Origin: Nitrospinaceae bacterium
GTDB lineage: Bacteria; Nitrospinota; Nitrospinia; Nitrospinales; Nitrospinaceae
DNA length: 64,000 nucleotides
Direction of reading: 5' to 3'
NCBI GenBank assembly: GCA_028278405.1
Contig: JANQEK010000037.1
Location: 160,662-224,661 of the forward strand
Numbering within the stretch: the stretch's first letter is position 1; each line of letters starts with the position of its first letter. Below the pieces are notes generated by a model. That model was not told the DNA's origin. It saw only the letters and a list, made by a program, of their open reading frames with translations, and did not search any database. A program made the position numbers and the translations under genes. Below, piece by piece: positions 20,341 through 28,930 of the stretch.

Positions 20341-20589
20341 GATTGCTCCCCTTGAGATATTTTTGGGTCTTTGGCTCCTTCAGAATTTGAAATTTTGTCG
20401 CAGGATTCTCAATTACCTTACAGGGTCATATTGATCTGGATTATATCAGGAGTTCAAAAGCCGGGGCCTAAAGAATACGTTGTAAGCTCTGAGGGATCTC
20501 TTCGACTCACCATAGAATTTTTATGGATCACAATAGACTTTTCATTTTTGGACAACTTTCGAAAATCCTGAAAATACTAGGAAAAATAT

Positions 20590-21906
20590 ATGATACGCAA
20601 AGCTCTCAAGACACTTTTTACAGGGAATTCTCCGGCATTAAGCGCCAAAGAAAGTTACCAAGTGAGCGATGCCCTCGCTAAAGCAAAATTGCGTATGGGA
20701 TCGCATTTTAAGAAAAATCAGATTTTAGGACGAAAGGAAGCCATTGGGTGTGTTTCCCTGGAAATCAGTCAGAGGTGTAATCTCGACTGTTCTTTATGTT
20801 ATCTGTCGCCCAGTTCCAATCAGGTCGCAGACCTTCCACTGCAGGAAGTGTTTCGGAGGCTGGATGGAATCAAAAGTCATTTTGGCGTGGGGACCGATGT
20901 GCAGATCAGCGGGGGAGACCCAACGATGCGTGACCGGAAGGAGTTGATGCAAATCGTTCGATACGCGCGGGAAATTGGTTTGCGTCCCGCGTTGTTCACC
21001 AATGGAATACGATGCGATCGGAGCATGATTGAGGAATTGGTGGAAAATGGTTTGAGCGATATCGCGTTTCATGTCGACCTCACCCAAAAAAGAAAGGGTT
21101 TTTCTACCGAACAGGAGCTTAATAAAATCCGAAATCAATATATCGATTTGGTTCGTGGATTGCCTTTGATGGTGATCTTCAATACAACAGTTCATACGGA
21201 CAACTTCTTTGAGATTCCCGATCTGGTCCGATTTTTTGTTGAGCAATCCGATGTTGTGAGATTTGCCTCATTCCAGCTTCAGGCCGACACTGGAAGAGGA
21301 GTTCTGGGAAAACGCGGTGAAACCATTTCGCTCGACTCAGTAAAAGAAAAGATCAATGAGGGTTCGGGGAATCGCCTGGCGTGGGATTCGATTCTAGTGG
21401 GTCATCCGAAATGCCATAGTTATGCTCCTACCATCATTGTTAACAATAAGGCATTCAGCATTGTAGATGATCCGAATTTGGTAGGCGATTTCTTCGAGGA
21501 TTTTCAAGACATCACCCACGATCGAAGGGAGAGTCCGGGAAAGATCGCTTTAAAGTATGTTAGGGCAGCAGTGCGCAAGCCGCGATGGTTGATTCGCGGT
21601 GTGAAGTACTTTTTCCCGCGTCTATGGAGGATTCGAAGGGATTTAGTAAAATCTCGTGGAAAAATTCGCAAGATTTCTTTTTTTGTTCAAAACTTCATGG
21701 ATGCAGATCATTTGGATCCGGAAAGAGTCGAAGCCTGTTCGTTTATGGTCATGACACCGGACGGTCCTGTGTCGATGTGTGCTCATAATGCGAATCGAGA
21801 TGATTATATTCTTCGTCCGATCCTCATTGAGGGTAAGGAGGGAGCGGAAGTTTTTTATCCTTTAAAGGAGTCAGGCCGTGTGGAGTCGACTGAAGTTCCG
21901 GCTTAA
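20590..21906 (+). CDS. Radical SAM protein (unassigned subfamily)
   Basis: CxxxCxxC cluster motif ISQRCNLDCSLCY and a GGDP-type SAM-binding motif (ISGGDPTM). Only three further Cys occur in the C-terminal half (PKCHS, EACSF, SMCAH), so it is not a canonical SPASM domain. Confidence 0.8.
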   Translation: MIRKALKTLFTGNSPALSAKESYQVSDALAKAKLRMGSHFKKNQILGRKEAIGCVSLEISQRCNLDCSLCYLSPSSNQVADLPLQEVFRRLDGIKSHFGVGTDVQISGGDPTMRDRKELMQIVRYAREIGLRPALFTNGIRCDRSMIEELVENGLSDIAFHVDLTQKRKGFSTEQELNKIRNQYIDLVRGLPLMVIFNTTVHTDNFFEIPDLVRFFVEQSDVVRFASFQLQADTGRGVLGKRGETISLDSVKEKINEGSGNRLAWDSILVGHPKCHSYAPTIIVNNKAFSIVDDPNLVGDFFEDFQDITHDRRESPGKIALKYVRAAVRKPRWLIRGVKYFFPRLWRIRRDLVKSRGKIRKISFFVQNFMDADHLDPERVEACSFMVMTPDGPVSMCAHNANRDDYILRPILIEGKEGAEVFYPLKESGRVESTEVPA

Positions 21907-21927
21907 AAATATTTTTCAGGTGGCCAG

Positions 21928-22737
21928 ATGATAAATTTACTAAAACGAATTTTTTCTATGGGAGGAATCTTCCTTTCCGGATTCATTTTGTCCGGGTGTG
22001 TGACCGTTCTCCAGCCTCCTACTCTTCAGAATGAGGAGGATAAAAGAATATCGAAGGAGTTGGCTGAGGAATCCTGGACTCAGGTGTTGATGCAGTCGGT
22101 AGATTCTAAAGGCCGGGTTGCTTTCAAGAAGGTTTCAAAAAATCCCGTCCGTTTGCACCGGATGATTTCGTATGTTGCCCAAACAAGTCCGGAGAAAAAC
22201 CCTGAGCGGTTTGTGAACTTGGAAGACAAGTTGGCATACTATCTGAATTCCTACAATGCCCTGGCTATGTATGGAGTTATTTCATACGGTTTTCCCAGTG
22301 ATTTTAGCAGCTTTACGGATCGGGCCAAATTTTTTGCTTTCACGGACTTTACTGTCGGAGGAAAAGAAATTTCTTTATACGACTATGAAAATAAGGTCAT
22401 CCGGCCCTTGGGCGATCCGCGAATTCATTTTGCGCTCAATTGCATGGTGAAAGCCTGTCCCCGTCTTCCCCAGGCACCCTTCCGGGCTGAAGATTTGGAT
22501 AATACTTTAGATGCCCTCGCGCGTGAGTTTGTTAATCATTCCAGGCATGTGCAAGTTGTGGAGTCGGATCAAAAGGTTCGTCTCTCAGAAATCTTTAGTT
22601 TTTACGAAGAGGACTTTGTGAATCCGAAAACGGCGTCTTCTCTCATTGAGTATATCAATCGTTATCGAAACTCACCCATCGATGAAACCTTTGAAGTGGA
22701 ATTCATTCCTTATGACTGGACTGTCAACTACCAATAA
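21928..22737 (+). CDS. DUF547 domain-containing lipoprotein
   Basis: Lipobox FILSGC. DUF547 hallmark motifs YYLNSYNALAMYGV and DPRIHFALNCMVKACPRL. Confidence 0.75.
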   Translation: MINLLKRIFSMGGIFLSGFILSGCVTVLQPPTLQNEEDKRISKELAEESWTQVLMQSVDSKGRVAFKKVSKNPVRLHRMISYVAQTSPEKNPERFVNLEDKLAYYLNSYNALAMYGVISYGFPSDFSSFTDRAKFFAFTDFTVGGKEISLYDYENKVIRPLGDPRIHFALNCMVKACPRLPQAPFRAEDLDNTLDALAREFVNHSRHVQVVESDQKVRLSEIFSFYEEDFVNPKTASSLIEYINRYRNSPIDETFEVEFIPYDWTVNYQ

Positions 22738-23203
22738 TATTGCTATCAGAGTTCTGCGCTATGGCATTGCCGTGATTCTGCTTCTGTCCGGCTTCGGTAA
22801 GCTTCTGGATGTGCCGGGTTTTGTTCAGGTGCTTATTACTTATCAGGCTATTCCCGAGTGGGGGCTGTACCCGGTTGCAGCGATATTGGTGCTGGTCGAA
22901 TTGAGGATCGCCGAGTGGTTGTTTCGAGAAAAGACGCTGATTGCCGGCGCCTTTGGATCTCTTATGCTGCATATCTTGTTTACCCTTTGGACCGTGGTCA
23001 CTTTGCTGCGTGGAATACCTGTGCCCAATTGCGGTTGCTTTGGTGTTTTTCTTGCCCGTCCGCTAACGGGCTGGACCGTTGTTGAGGATTTGGTGCTGGT
23101 TGCCGCTTCTTTCTATTTATTGCGGTTGGTTCTCAAGAGAGACCATTTTCGTCAGGTTAAAGGAAATGATCACTCCAAAAAAATCGGCAGCACTATTGCC
23201 TGA
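22712..23203 (+). CDS. MauE/DoxX-family redox-associated membrane protein
   Basis: Four predicted TM helices and the characteristic CGCFG motif (VPNCGCFGVFL). The start was chosen at the ATG at 22712, which overlaps the DUF547 gene by 26 nt. The ORF-track start 22646 lies deep inside the upstream gene. Confidence 0.7.
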   Translation: MTGLSTTNNIAIRVLRYGIAVILLLSGFGKLLDVPGFVQVLITYQAIPEWGLYPVAAILVLVELRIAEWLFREKTLIAGAFGSLMLHILFTLWTVVTLLRGIPVPNCGCFGVFLARPLTGWTVVEDLVLVAASFYLLRLVLKRDHFRQVKGNDHSKKIGSTIA

Positions 23204-23236
23204 TCGATACTTGGTTGTTAATAATGAAAGGAATTT

Positions 23237-23866
23237 TTGATGAGCAATTCAACAAATAAGCAGTTCCTGACAGACTCTTGTCAAAAGTCAAAAGAAAGAG
23301 CCGGGTCGATCCATAAATTGCTTCTTGCCTGCGCACTGGTTGTTGGGATATTTATAATGTCGCTTGGGACTGATTTACTGCCCCGTGCCATGGCGCACTC
23401 GGTTAAACCGCAACCGTCATCGCTTCCTGTTCTGTTTAATGCTCCGGAAATTTCCGGGCTTGATCACTGGATCAATTCAAAAAAGATAGATTCGATGAAG
23501 GAATTGCGAGGAAAAGTGGTTCTCGTCGATTTTTGGACTTACTCCTGTTACAACTGCATCAACACGTTTCCTTACGTTCAGGCCTGGCATAAAAAATACG
23601 CGAAAGACGGACTGGTGGTTCTTGGGATTCACGCGCCGGAATTTCAGTTTGAGCGAAAACTGGATAACGTAAAACAGGCGGTTCAAAAACACGGACTCAC
23701 CTTTCCGATTGCCCTGGATAATGGATTCAAGGTCTGGCGGGCTTATGGCAACCGGTATTGGCCGGCTTTCTATCTGATCGACAAGAATGGCGTGGTGCGG
23801 TACAGGCACTTCGGTGAGGGAAGATACCAGGAAACGGAAGCGGCCATAGCCAACCTTCTCAAATAA
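23237..23866 (+). CDS. Thioredoxin-like (TlpA/DipZ C-terminal type) periplasmic thiol:disulfide oxidoreductase, membrane-anchored
   Basis: One N-terminal TM. The thioredoxin fold carries a CxxC site in VVLVDFWTYSCYNCINTFP, followed by GIHAPEFQFE and YWPAFYLIDKNG, as in DipZ-type redoxins. Confidence 0.8.
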   Translation: MMSNSTNKQFLTDSCQKSKERAGSIHKLLLACALVVGIFIMSLGTDLLPRAMAHSVKPQPSSLPVLFNAPEISGLDHWINSKKIDSMKELRGKVVLVDFWTYSCYNCINTFPYVQAWHKKYAKDGLVVLGIHAPEFQFERKLDNVKQAVQKHGLTFPIALDNGFKVWRAYGNRYWPAFYLIDKNGVVRYRHFGEGRYQETEAAIANLLK

Positions 23867-23875
23867 AAAGCAGCC

Positions 23876-26164
23876 TTATTTGGAAGAGATCGAATAAATC
23901 CCATCCCAATCTTTCTCCATTTGGGAATCTTGTTGAAACAATCGACATCTTTTCAGCAAGGTTGAGGAGGGGCCGTCCTGAGGATACTTTTCAAGAGCCT
24001 TTTCGAAATATGCAATGGCCTCTTTCCAATCACTTTCTTTATAGAATTTCAAACCTTCATTATAAAGCGGTAAGATTTTGAAAACGGGAGAATTGATAAA
24101 ACCCTTTTTCCCGAGTAACTCGAAAATCCGGGTCGGGTTCGTACGGCCCATCACGCGAACCGTGTCGATTTCCCGCGCTTCAATAAAGTCTTTTGCCTGC
24201 TCATAAGTTGATTCGCTGATTAATATGAGTGTTTCATATTCCTTGTTGGCCCCTTCCAGGCGGGCGGCCAAGTTTACCGAGTCGCCGTTCATCCCATAGT
24301 TCATTCTGTTCTTCGAACCCATGTTTCCGACTACCATCATTCCTGTATTGATTCCAATCCGCATGCTCAATTCGGGTATTTTTTTCCGAAGAGAGGCAAG
24401 TTTCTCCTGCATTTCGATAGCGACCCAACAGGCCCGCTTGGCATGATCTTCGAAGTAAACCGGCGCGCCAAAAAATGCTTTTATGGCATCTCCATCGTAT
24501 TTGTCCAGCGTGCCCTCATGTCTCAAAAGAATCTCCGTCATTTCCGAAAGATATTCGTTCAATAGATTGACCAACTCTTCCGCCGACAGTTTTTCTGAAA
24601 AGGTTGTGAAACCTCCGAGATCGGTAAACAAAGCGGTTAATTCTTTTTCCTCCCCACCCAGTTTCAAGCCTGTCGGATCTTGCAGCAGTTTGTCGATCAC
24701 TTTGGGAGACATGTATTTGCCGAACGTATGCTCAATGAAATTTCTTTCCTTCTTTTCAGTCAGGTATCCATAAATCGTCAACGCGGAAAAAATAAAAGCG
24801 TTTTCAAAAATCGGAAAGACATCTGTGATCCAAAGACCCTTGTGAACAAAAATCCATTGGCTGAGTCCAAATTGAGCTCCAACGATCATAGCGCAGGCTA
24901 TTACACCTGTAACCGGTTTTAATCTGGAGTAAATGATGGTCAGGAAAAACCCGAGGAATATGAGATAAATCAGTTCAAACGTTAAAATCCATCCTGGTTT
25001 GGATAAGAAGTTGTTGTGCAGGACATTATCAATAACGGTTGCTTGAATTTCGACGCCCGGATACACCGGATCAAAGGGAGTAACCTTTATATCTCCCAGG
25101 GCCGTTGCGGTGGCGCCGACAATTACAATTTTATTTTTCAGGCTTCCTTTCGGGATGGCATTTTGCCGATCATGCAGTAAATCGGTTATGGAAATATGAG
25201 GAAAGGTTCCTCCGCTTCCCATAAAGTTGGCTAAAAGTTCACCTCGATTATTGACGGGAATATCTATTGGCTCTTCCGCATCCAAAATAATTTTTTCGGC
25301 TCCCAGTTCATTCACACGGACCAACAAGCTTCCTCCCAAATACCGCTCAAGAATCCGCATGCTCAAGGGAGGAAAATAGTAATTCCTGTCGGATGCTTTA
25401 TCCCAATATCTGACGATGAGAGGGAGCTTGCGCAAAGTACCGTCCGAATCGGTGTCAAAATTGAGATATCCTGCGCTGCGGCTGCTATTCGATAAAAGTG
25501 AGATACTGGACTCCACTGCATATCCCTTTTTGAAGTCCATTGTGGATAGATCAAGGTTTCCCTGGGATTTGATAAATCCGTTGAACCGGGTAGATTTAAT
25601 GTTCTCCAGATAGCGTTGCAGCTCGTTATCCGAAATATGTTCCAAGCCATCCGGCTTAAAATAAAAGTAATAACCCAGAACAGATCGCCTGGATTGTTGC
25701 AAAGCAGCGGCGAACCGTCCGTCATTATCTGAGTTTTCGATCAAGGGATCGATAACATTGTCGACCAGAGGCTCGTCGGTCATTTTTGCTTTGAGGCTTT
25801 CCTTAATTTGAATCAGGTTTTGTTTTCCGGAACTGTCGTCAGGGGAAGAGAAAACCACATCGAAGCCGATCACTTTAACCTGGTGCGCCACCAGCTTATC
25901 GACCAGTTGCGCCATCACTTTTCTGGGCCAGGGCCAACGTCCCAGCTCATCGATACTTTTTTCGTCGATCGCGGCGATGACGACTTCCGGACCTGCTTTT
26001 AGAGGTCCGCGGACTTGAAAGTGGGCATCTTGAAACAGCATTTCAAATCGATGGAGCGCCGGTGGGTTGATCCAATATCCCAGAATCACCACAAACATAG
26101 TGCCCATTCCTATAATCCAGGGGACAAAGCTTTTCTTTGGGGAAGAGTGGGTCATCATCTTCAA
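23876..26164 (-). CDS. CHASE2 sensor domain - class III adenylate/guanylate cyclase with a C-terminal TPR-like tail
   Basis: An N-terminal TM and a large extracytoplasmic CHASE2-like region come first, followed by 3 TM helices. The cyclase core is ELTALFTDLGGFTTFSE, LDKYDGDAIKAFFGAP and GDSVNLAARLEG. The tail is a TPR-like motif (WKEAIAYFEKALEKYPQD). Confidence 0.85.
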   Translation of the reverse strand: MKMMTHSSPKKSFVPWIIGMGTMFVVILGYWINPPALHRFEMLFQDAHFQVRGPLKAGPEVVIAAIDEKSIDELGRWPWPRKVMAQLVDKLVAHQVKVIGFDVVFSSPDDSSGKQNLIQIKESLKAKMTDEPLVDNVIDPLIENSDNDGRFAAALQQSRRSVLGYYFYFKPDGLEHISDNELQRYLENIKSTRFNGFIKSQGNLDLSTMDFKKGYAVESSISLLSNSSRSAGYLNFDTDSDGTLRKLPLIVRYWDKASDRNYYFPPLSMRILERYLGGSLLVRVNELGAEKIILDAEEPIDIPVNNRGELLANFMGSGGTFPHISITDLLHDRQNAIPKGSLKNKIVIVGATATALGDIKVTPFDPVYPGVEIQATVIDNVLHNNFLSKPGWILTFELIYLIFLGFFLTIIYSRLKPVTGVIACAMIVGAQFGLSQWIFVHKGLWITDVFPIFENAFIFSALTIYGYLTEKKERNFIEHTFGKYMSPKVIDKLLQDPTGLKLGGEEKELTALFTDLGGFTTFSEKLSAEELVNLLNEYLSEMTEILLRHEGTLDKYDGDAIKAFFGAPVYFEDHAKRACWVAIEMQEKLASLRKKIPELSMRIGINTGMMVVGNMGSKNRMNYGMNGDSVNLAARLEGANKEYETLILISESTYEQAKDFIEAREIDTVRVMGRTNPTRIFELLGKKGFINSPVFKILPLYNEGLKFYKESDWKEAIAYFEKALEKYPQDGPSSTLLKRCRLFQQDSQMEKDWDGIYSISSK

Positions 26165-26426
26165 TCGAATAAGGGAGACCGATGTTGCACAAACAAGTTG
26201 AGATCAACTCCTCTTGCTCTGCCGAGTGGCCGTCATCGGGTCCTGCCGATGATACGATAAACGCTTTTATTTCAAGTGGTTCTAGTATTCAGTATAAGTG
26301 ATTTTGTTTGAAATATAAGGCTAAAGTGATTATCCTTATAAAATAGGCACTTATCTCATATTTAGTATTCAGTGATTCGTTGATTGAACACTATCCTGGT
26401 CGGTCTGTATTTCGAGCGAATAAGGT

Positions 26427-28547
26427 ATGTCCTCAACCACCTCTAACAGCCAAAAAGTCAATTTATTAAAATCCATGGATTTCTTCAGGCTTTTGGATTC
26501 GAAAACGATTGAATCCCTGGCCCACGAATGTGAGGAAATTGTTCTCGACCCCTATGAGATTTTGTTCAATGAAGGGGAACAGGGTGATGCCATGTTCGTC
26601 ATTCTTTCCGGAGAGCTGGCGGTGGAGCGGCAGGATGCCGTGATTGCCAAACGGGTCAAGGGAGACCACGTGGGGGAGATGGCACTGATCGAATCCGGTC
26701 CCCGTGTGGCAACAGTGAAAGCCCTTTCCAAAACCAATTTACTGAAGTTGTCCAAAAGACAGTTCTATTCCTATTTTGCATCCAACCGTGAAGCTTTGAT
26801 GGAAATATTGAAAACCATTTCGGAGCGGTCCCGCGAAGACCTGGCAGCTCTGGATCGAAGTATGAAAAAGCTCCAGGCGGAAAAGAAAGTCACCTCCCGT
26901 CTTCAGGACCTTTTAAACAATACGTCCAATGAAATCTATACCCTGGATCCCATTACCCTTCATTTCGAGCATATGAATTCCCAGGCTTTAAAAAATCTGG
27001 AATATCAATCGGCGGAGATCGCTCAATTGAAGGCAACAGATATCATCGGGGAAATCGATCCATCGGAACTGAAAGGGTGGATAAATCTTTTGCAATCCAA
27101 TAAGAAGGATGAAATCGAATTTAACGCAGTTCACCGCAGGAAGGACGGATCTTTTTATCCGGTAAAAACCCAACTCAAAATAACCTATTCCGAATCATCT
27201 CCCATTATTGTTGGCATTTCTCAGGATGTTTCCGAATTGAGAGAAATTGAAGATAAATACAATCAACTGACCTTTTATGACCCTCTCACAGGGTTGCCCA
27301 ACAGAACCCTCATTATCGATGAGTTGTCTGCCGCTGTGCTAAAGGCAAATAAAGAAGATAAAAAGATTTCGGTCTTGTTGGTCGATCTACAAAACTTTAA
27401 AACCATAAGCAATTCGCTGGGCCATATGATGGGCGATTTGCTGTCACTTGCCGTTGCCCGCCGTCTGGAAACCGAATCCCCTCCGAACAGTATTGTGGGG
27501 CGGGGAAGAGATAATGAATTCATAACCATTTTGCCTGCCCCAAAAAATCAATCCGATTCCGAGGAAGCGGCGCGTTCTCTTTTAGATTCATTCAAAATCC
27601 CGTTTTCTATTAACGGACAGGACATTTTTGTAAACCTGGCCATCGGCATTTCTTCTTTTCCTTCCAATGGGCAAAGCGCCGAGACCCTCATCGAGCAGGC
27701 GGAAACCGCCGCCAAGCATATCGCTCGAGAAGGTGAAAATGTTTACTGCCATTACAAGCCGGACATGCCGTTTATATTAAAAAATAAACTACTGCTGGAA
27801 GGGGACTTGCGCAAAGGTTTGGAGCGAGATGAGTTTGAACTGCATTATCAACCCAAGCTGGCCCTGGAGACACAGGCCATCACCGGGTTCGAGGCCTTGG
27901 TGCGTTGGAATCATCCCGAAAGAGGTGTGATTTCGCCACTGGACTTTATCCCGATTGCAGAGCAGAGCGATATTATTGTTTCCATCGGGGAATGGGTTCT
28001 GGAAACCGCGTGCCGTCAAATGAATGCCTGGCTGAAAAAGGATCTCCCCATAAAAAACATTGCGGTAAATCTCTCTGGACGGCAATTCAAACAGGAAGAT
28101 CTGGTTTCAAACATTAAAAAGATTATTTCGGATTCGGGCATTCATCCGGAATTCCTTGAGTTGGAGATTACAGAAACTATCCTGATGGCCAATCTCGATA
28201 CCGTTACAGTTAAACTCAGGCAATTGAGCGAGATGGGCGTAAAACTTTCACTCGATGATTTTGGAACCGGGTATTCGTCCCTCCGCTACCTCAACAGCTT
28301 CCCTCTGAATAATATTAAAATCGACCAGACCTTTGTGAAGGATATCTCTACGGAAGCCAATGCCACCATCGCCAAAGCCATTGTCTCTCTGGCGAAATCA
28401 TTCCGCCTGAAAACTATTGCCGAAGGTGTGGAGTCTGAAAATCAAAAAGCCATCATGCAGTCGATTGGATGCGATTTCATCCAAGGCTATCTTTTAGGCA
28501 AACCCATTCCGGCCAAGGATGTGCCTCAGACACTATCCTCCTCCTGA
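26427..28547 (+). CDS. Cyclic-nucleotide-binding domain - PAS - degenerate GGDEF - EAL phosphodiesterase
   Basis: N-terminal cNMP-binding fold (FNEGEQGDAMFVILSGELAV, GEMALI, RVATVKA). A PAS region follows. The GGDEF-domain signature reads RGRDNEF instead of RxGGDEF. The EAL domain has a complete catalytic set (EALVRW, NLS, ELEITE, DDFGTGYSSL, KIDQ, EGVE, QGY). Confidence 0.85.
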   Translation: MSSTTSNSQKVNLLKSMDFFRLLDSKTIESLAHECEEIVLDPYEILFNEGEQGDAMFVILSGELAVERQDAVIAKRVKGDHVGEMALIESGPRVATVKALSKTNLLKLSKRQFYSYFASNREALMEILKTISERSREDLAALDRSMKKLQAEKKVTSRLQDLLNNTSNEIYTLDPITLHFEHMNSQALKNLEYQSAEIAQLKATDIIGEIDPSELKGWINLLQSNKKDEIEFNAVHRRKDGSFYPVKTQLKITYSESSPIIVGISQDVSELREIEDKYNQLTFYDPLTGLPNRTLIIDELSAAVLKANKEDKKISVLLVDLQNFKTISNSLGHMMGDLLSLAVARRLETESPPNSIVGRGRDNEFITILPAPKNQSDSEEAARSLLDSFKIPFSINGQDIFVNLAIGISSFPSNGQSAETLIEQAETAAKHIAREGENVYCHYKPDMPFILKNKLLLEGDLRKGLERDEFELHYQPKLALETQAITGFEALVRWNHPERGVISPLDFIPIAEQSDIIVSIGEWVLETACRQMNAWLKKDLPIKNIAVNLSGRQFKQEDLVSNIKKIISDSGIHPEFLELEITETILMANLDTVTVKLRQLSEMGVKLSLDDFGTGYSSLRYLNSFPLNNIKIDQTFVKDISTEANATIAKAIVSLAKSFRLKTIAEGVESENQKAIMQSIGCDFIQGYLLGKPIPAKDVPQTLSSS

Positions 28548-28763
28548 TTCTTCTCATTAGCGCAACAAAGCAGAACGTAAATTCCATATATTTCAGCCCT
28601 TATAGATACCCCAATAGGTGTATTATTTTTTATTAATAATCGACAAGTTTTGTCCAATTTTCCTCCCCTAAGAAACACAATTACATTTTCATAAAAAACT
28701 TTCCATAGCTAATTCCATATTTATCAGTTATTTATAATTTTTGCCCCCCAATCGCGGTATTTT

Positions 28764-28779
28764 TGGCCCCGGGTTTGCA
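28764..28779 (+). promoter_or_regulatory. Candidate sigma-54 (-24/-12) promoter upstream of the FecR-domain gene
   Basis: TGGCCCCGGGTTTGCA matches TGGCACG-N4-TTGCW with exact GG-to-GC spacing (GG 28765-66, GC 28777-78). It lies about 150 nt upstream of the start at 28931, at the end of a 380-bp AT-rich non-coding region. Confidence 0.55.
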
Positions 28780-28930
28780 TATATTAGGAAAAAACAAGTG
28801 TTCCTGTTGTCGCAAAGAGGGGGTCAGCAAGAGGTTTACATGGATAGCCGATCGGCTTGGGGCGACATTGTTTGAGCAAGAGGGTCACCGGTAAAAAACA
28901 TATTTACCGGGCAAAGAGGAGAGAGGAAGG

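Noticed and set aside
20523-20570. 15-codon ORF (MDHNRLFIFGQLSKIL) just upstream of the radical SAM gene, as a possible RiPP precursor
   Set aside because: It has no Shine-Dalgarno sequence and no Cys, Ser or Thr-rich core. The radical SAM enzyme lacks a recognisable SPASM or RRE-type region. Nothing supports the idea beyond its position.
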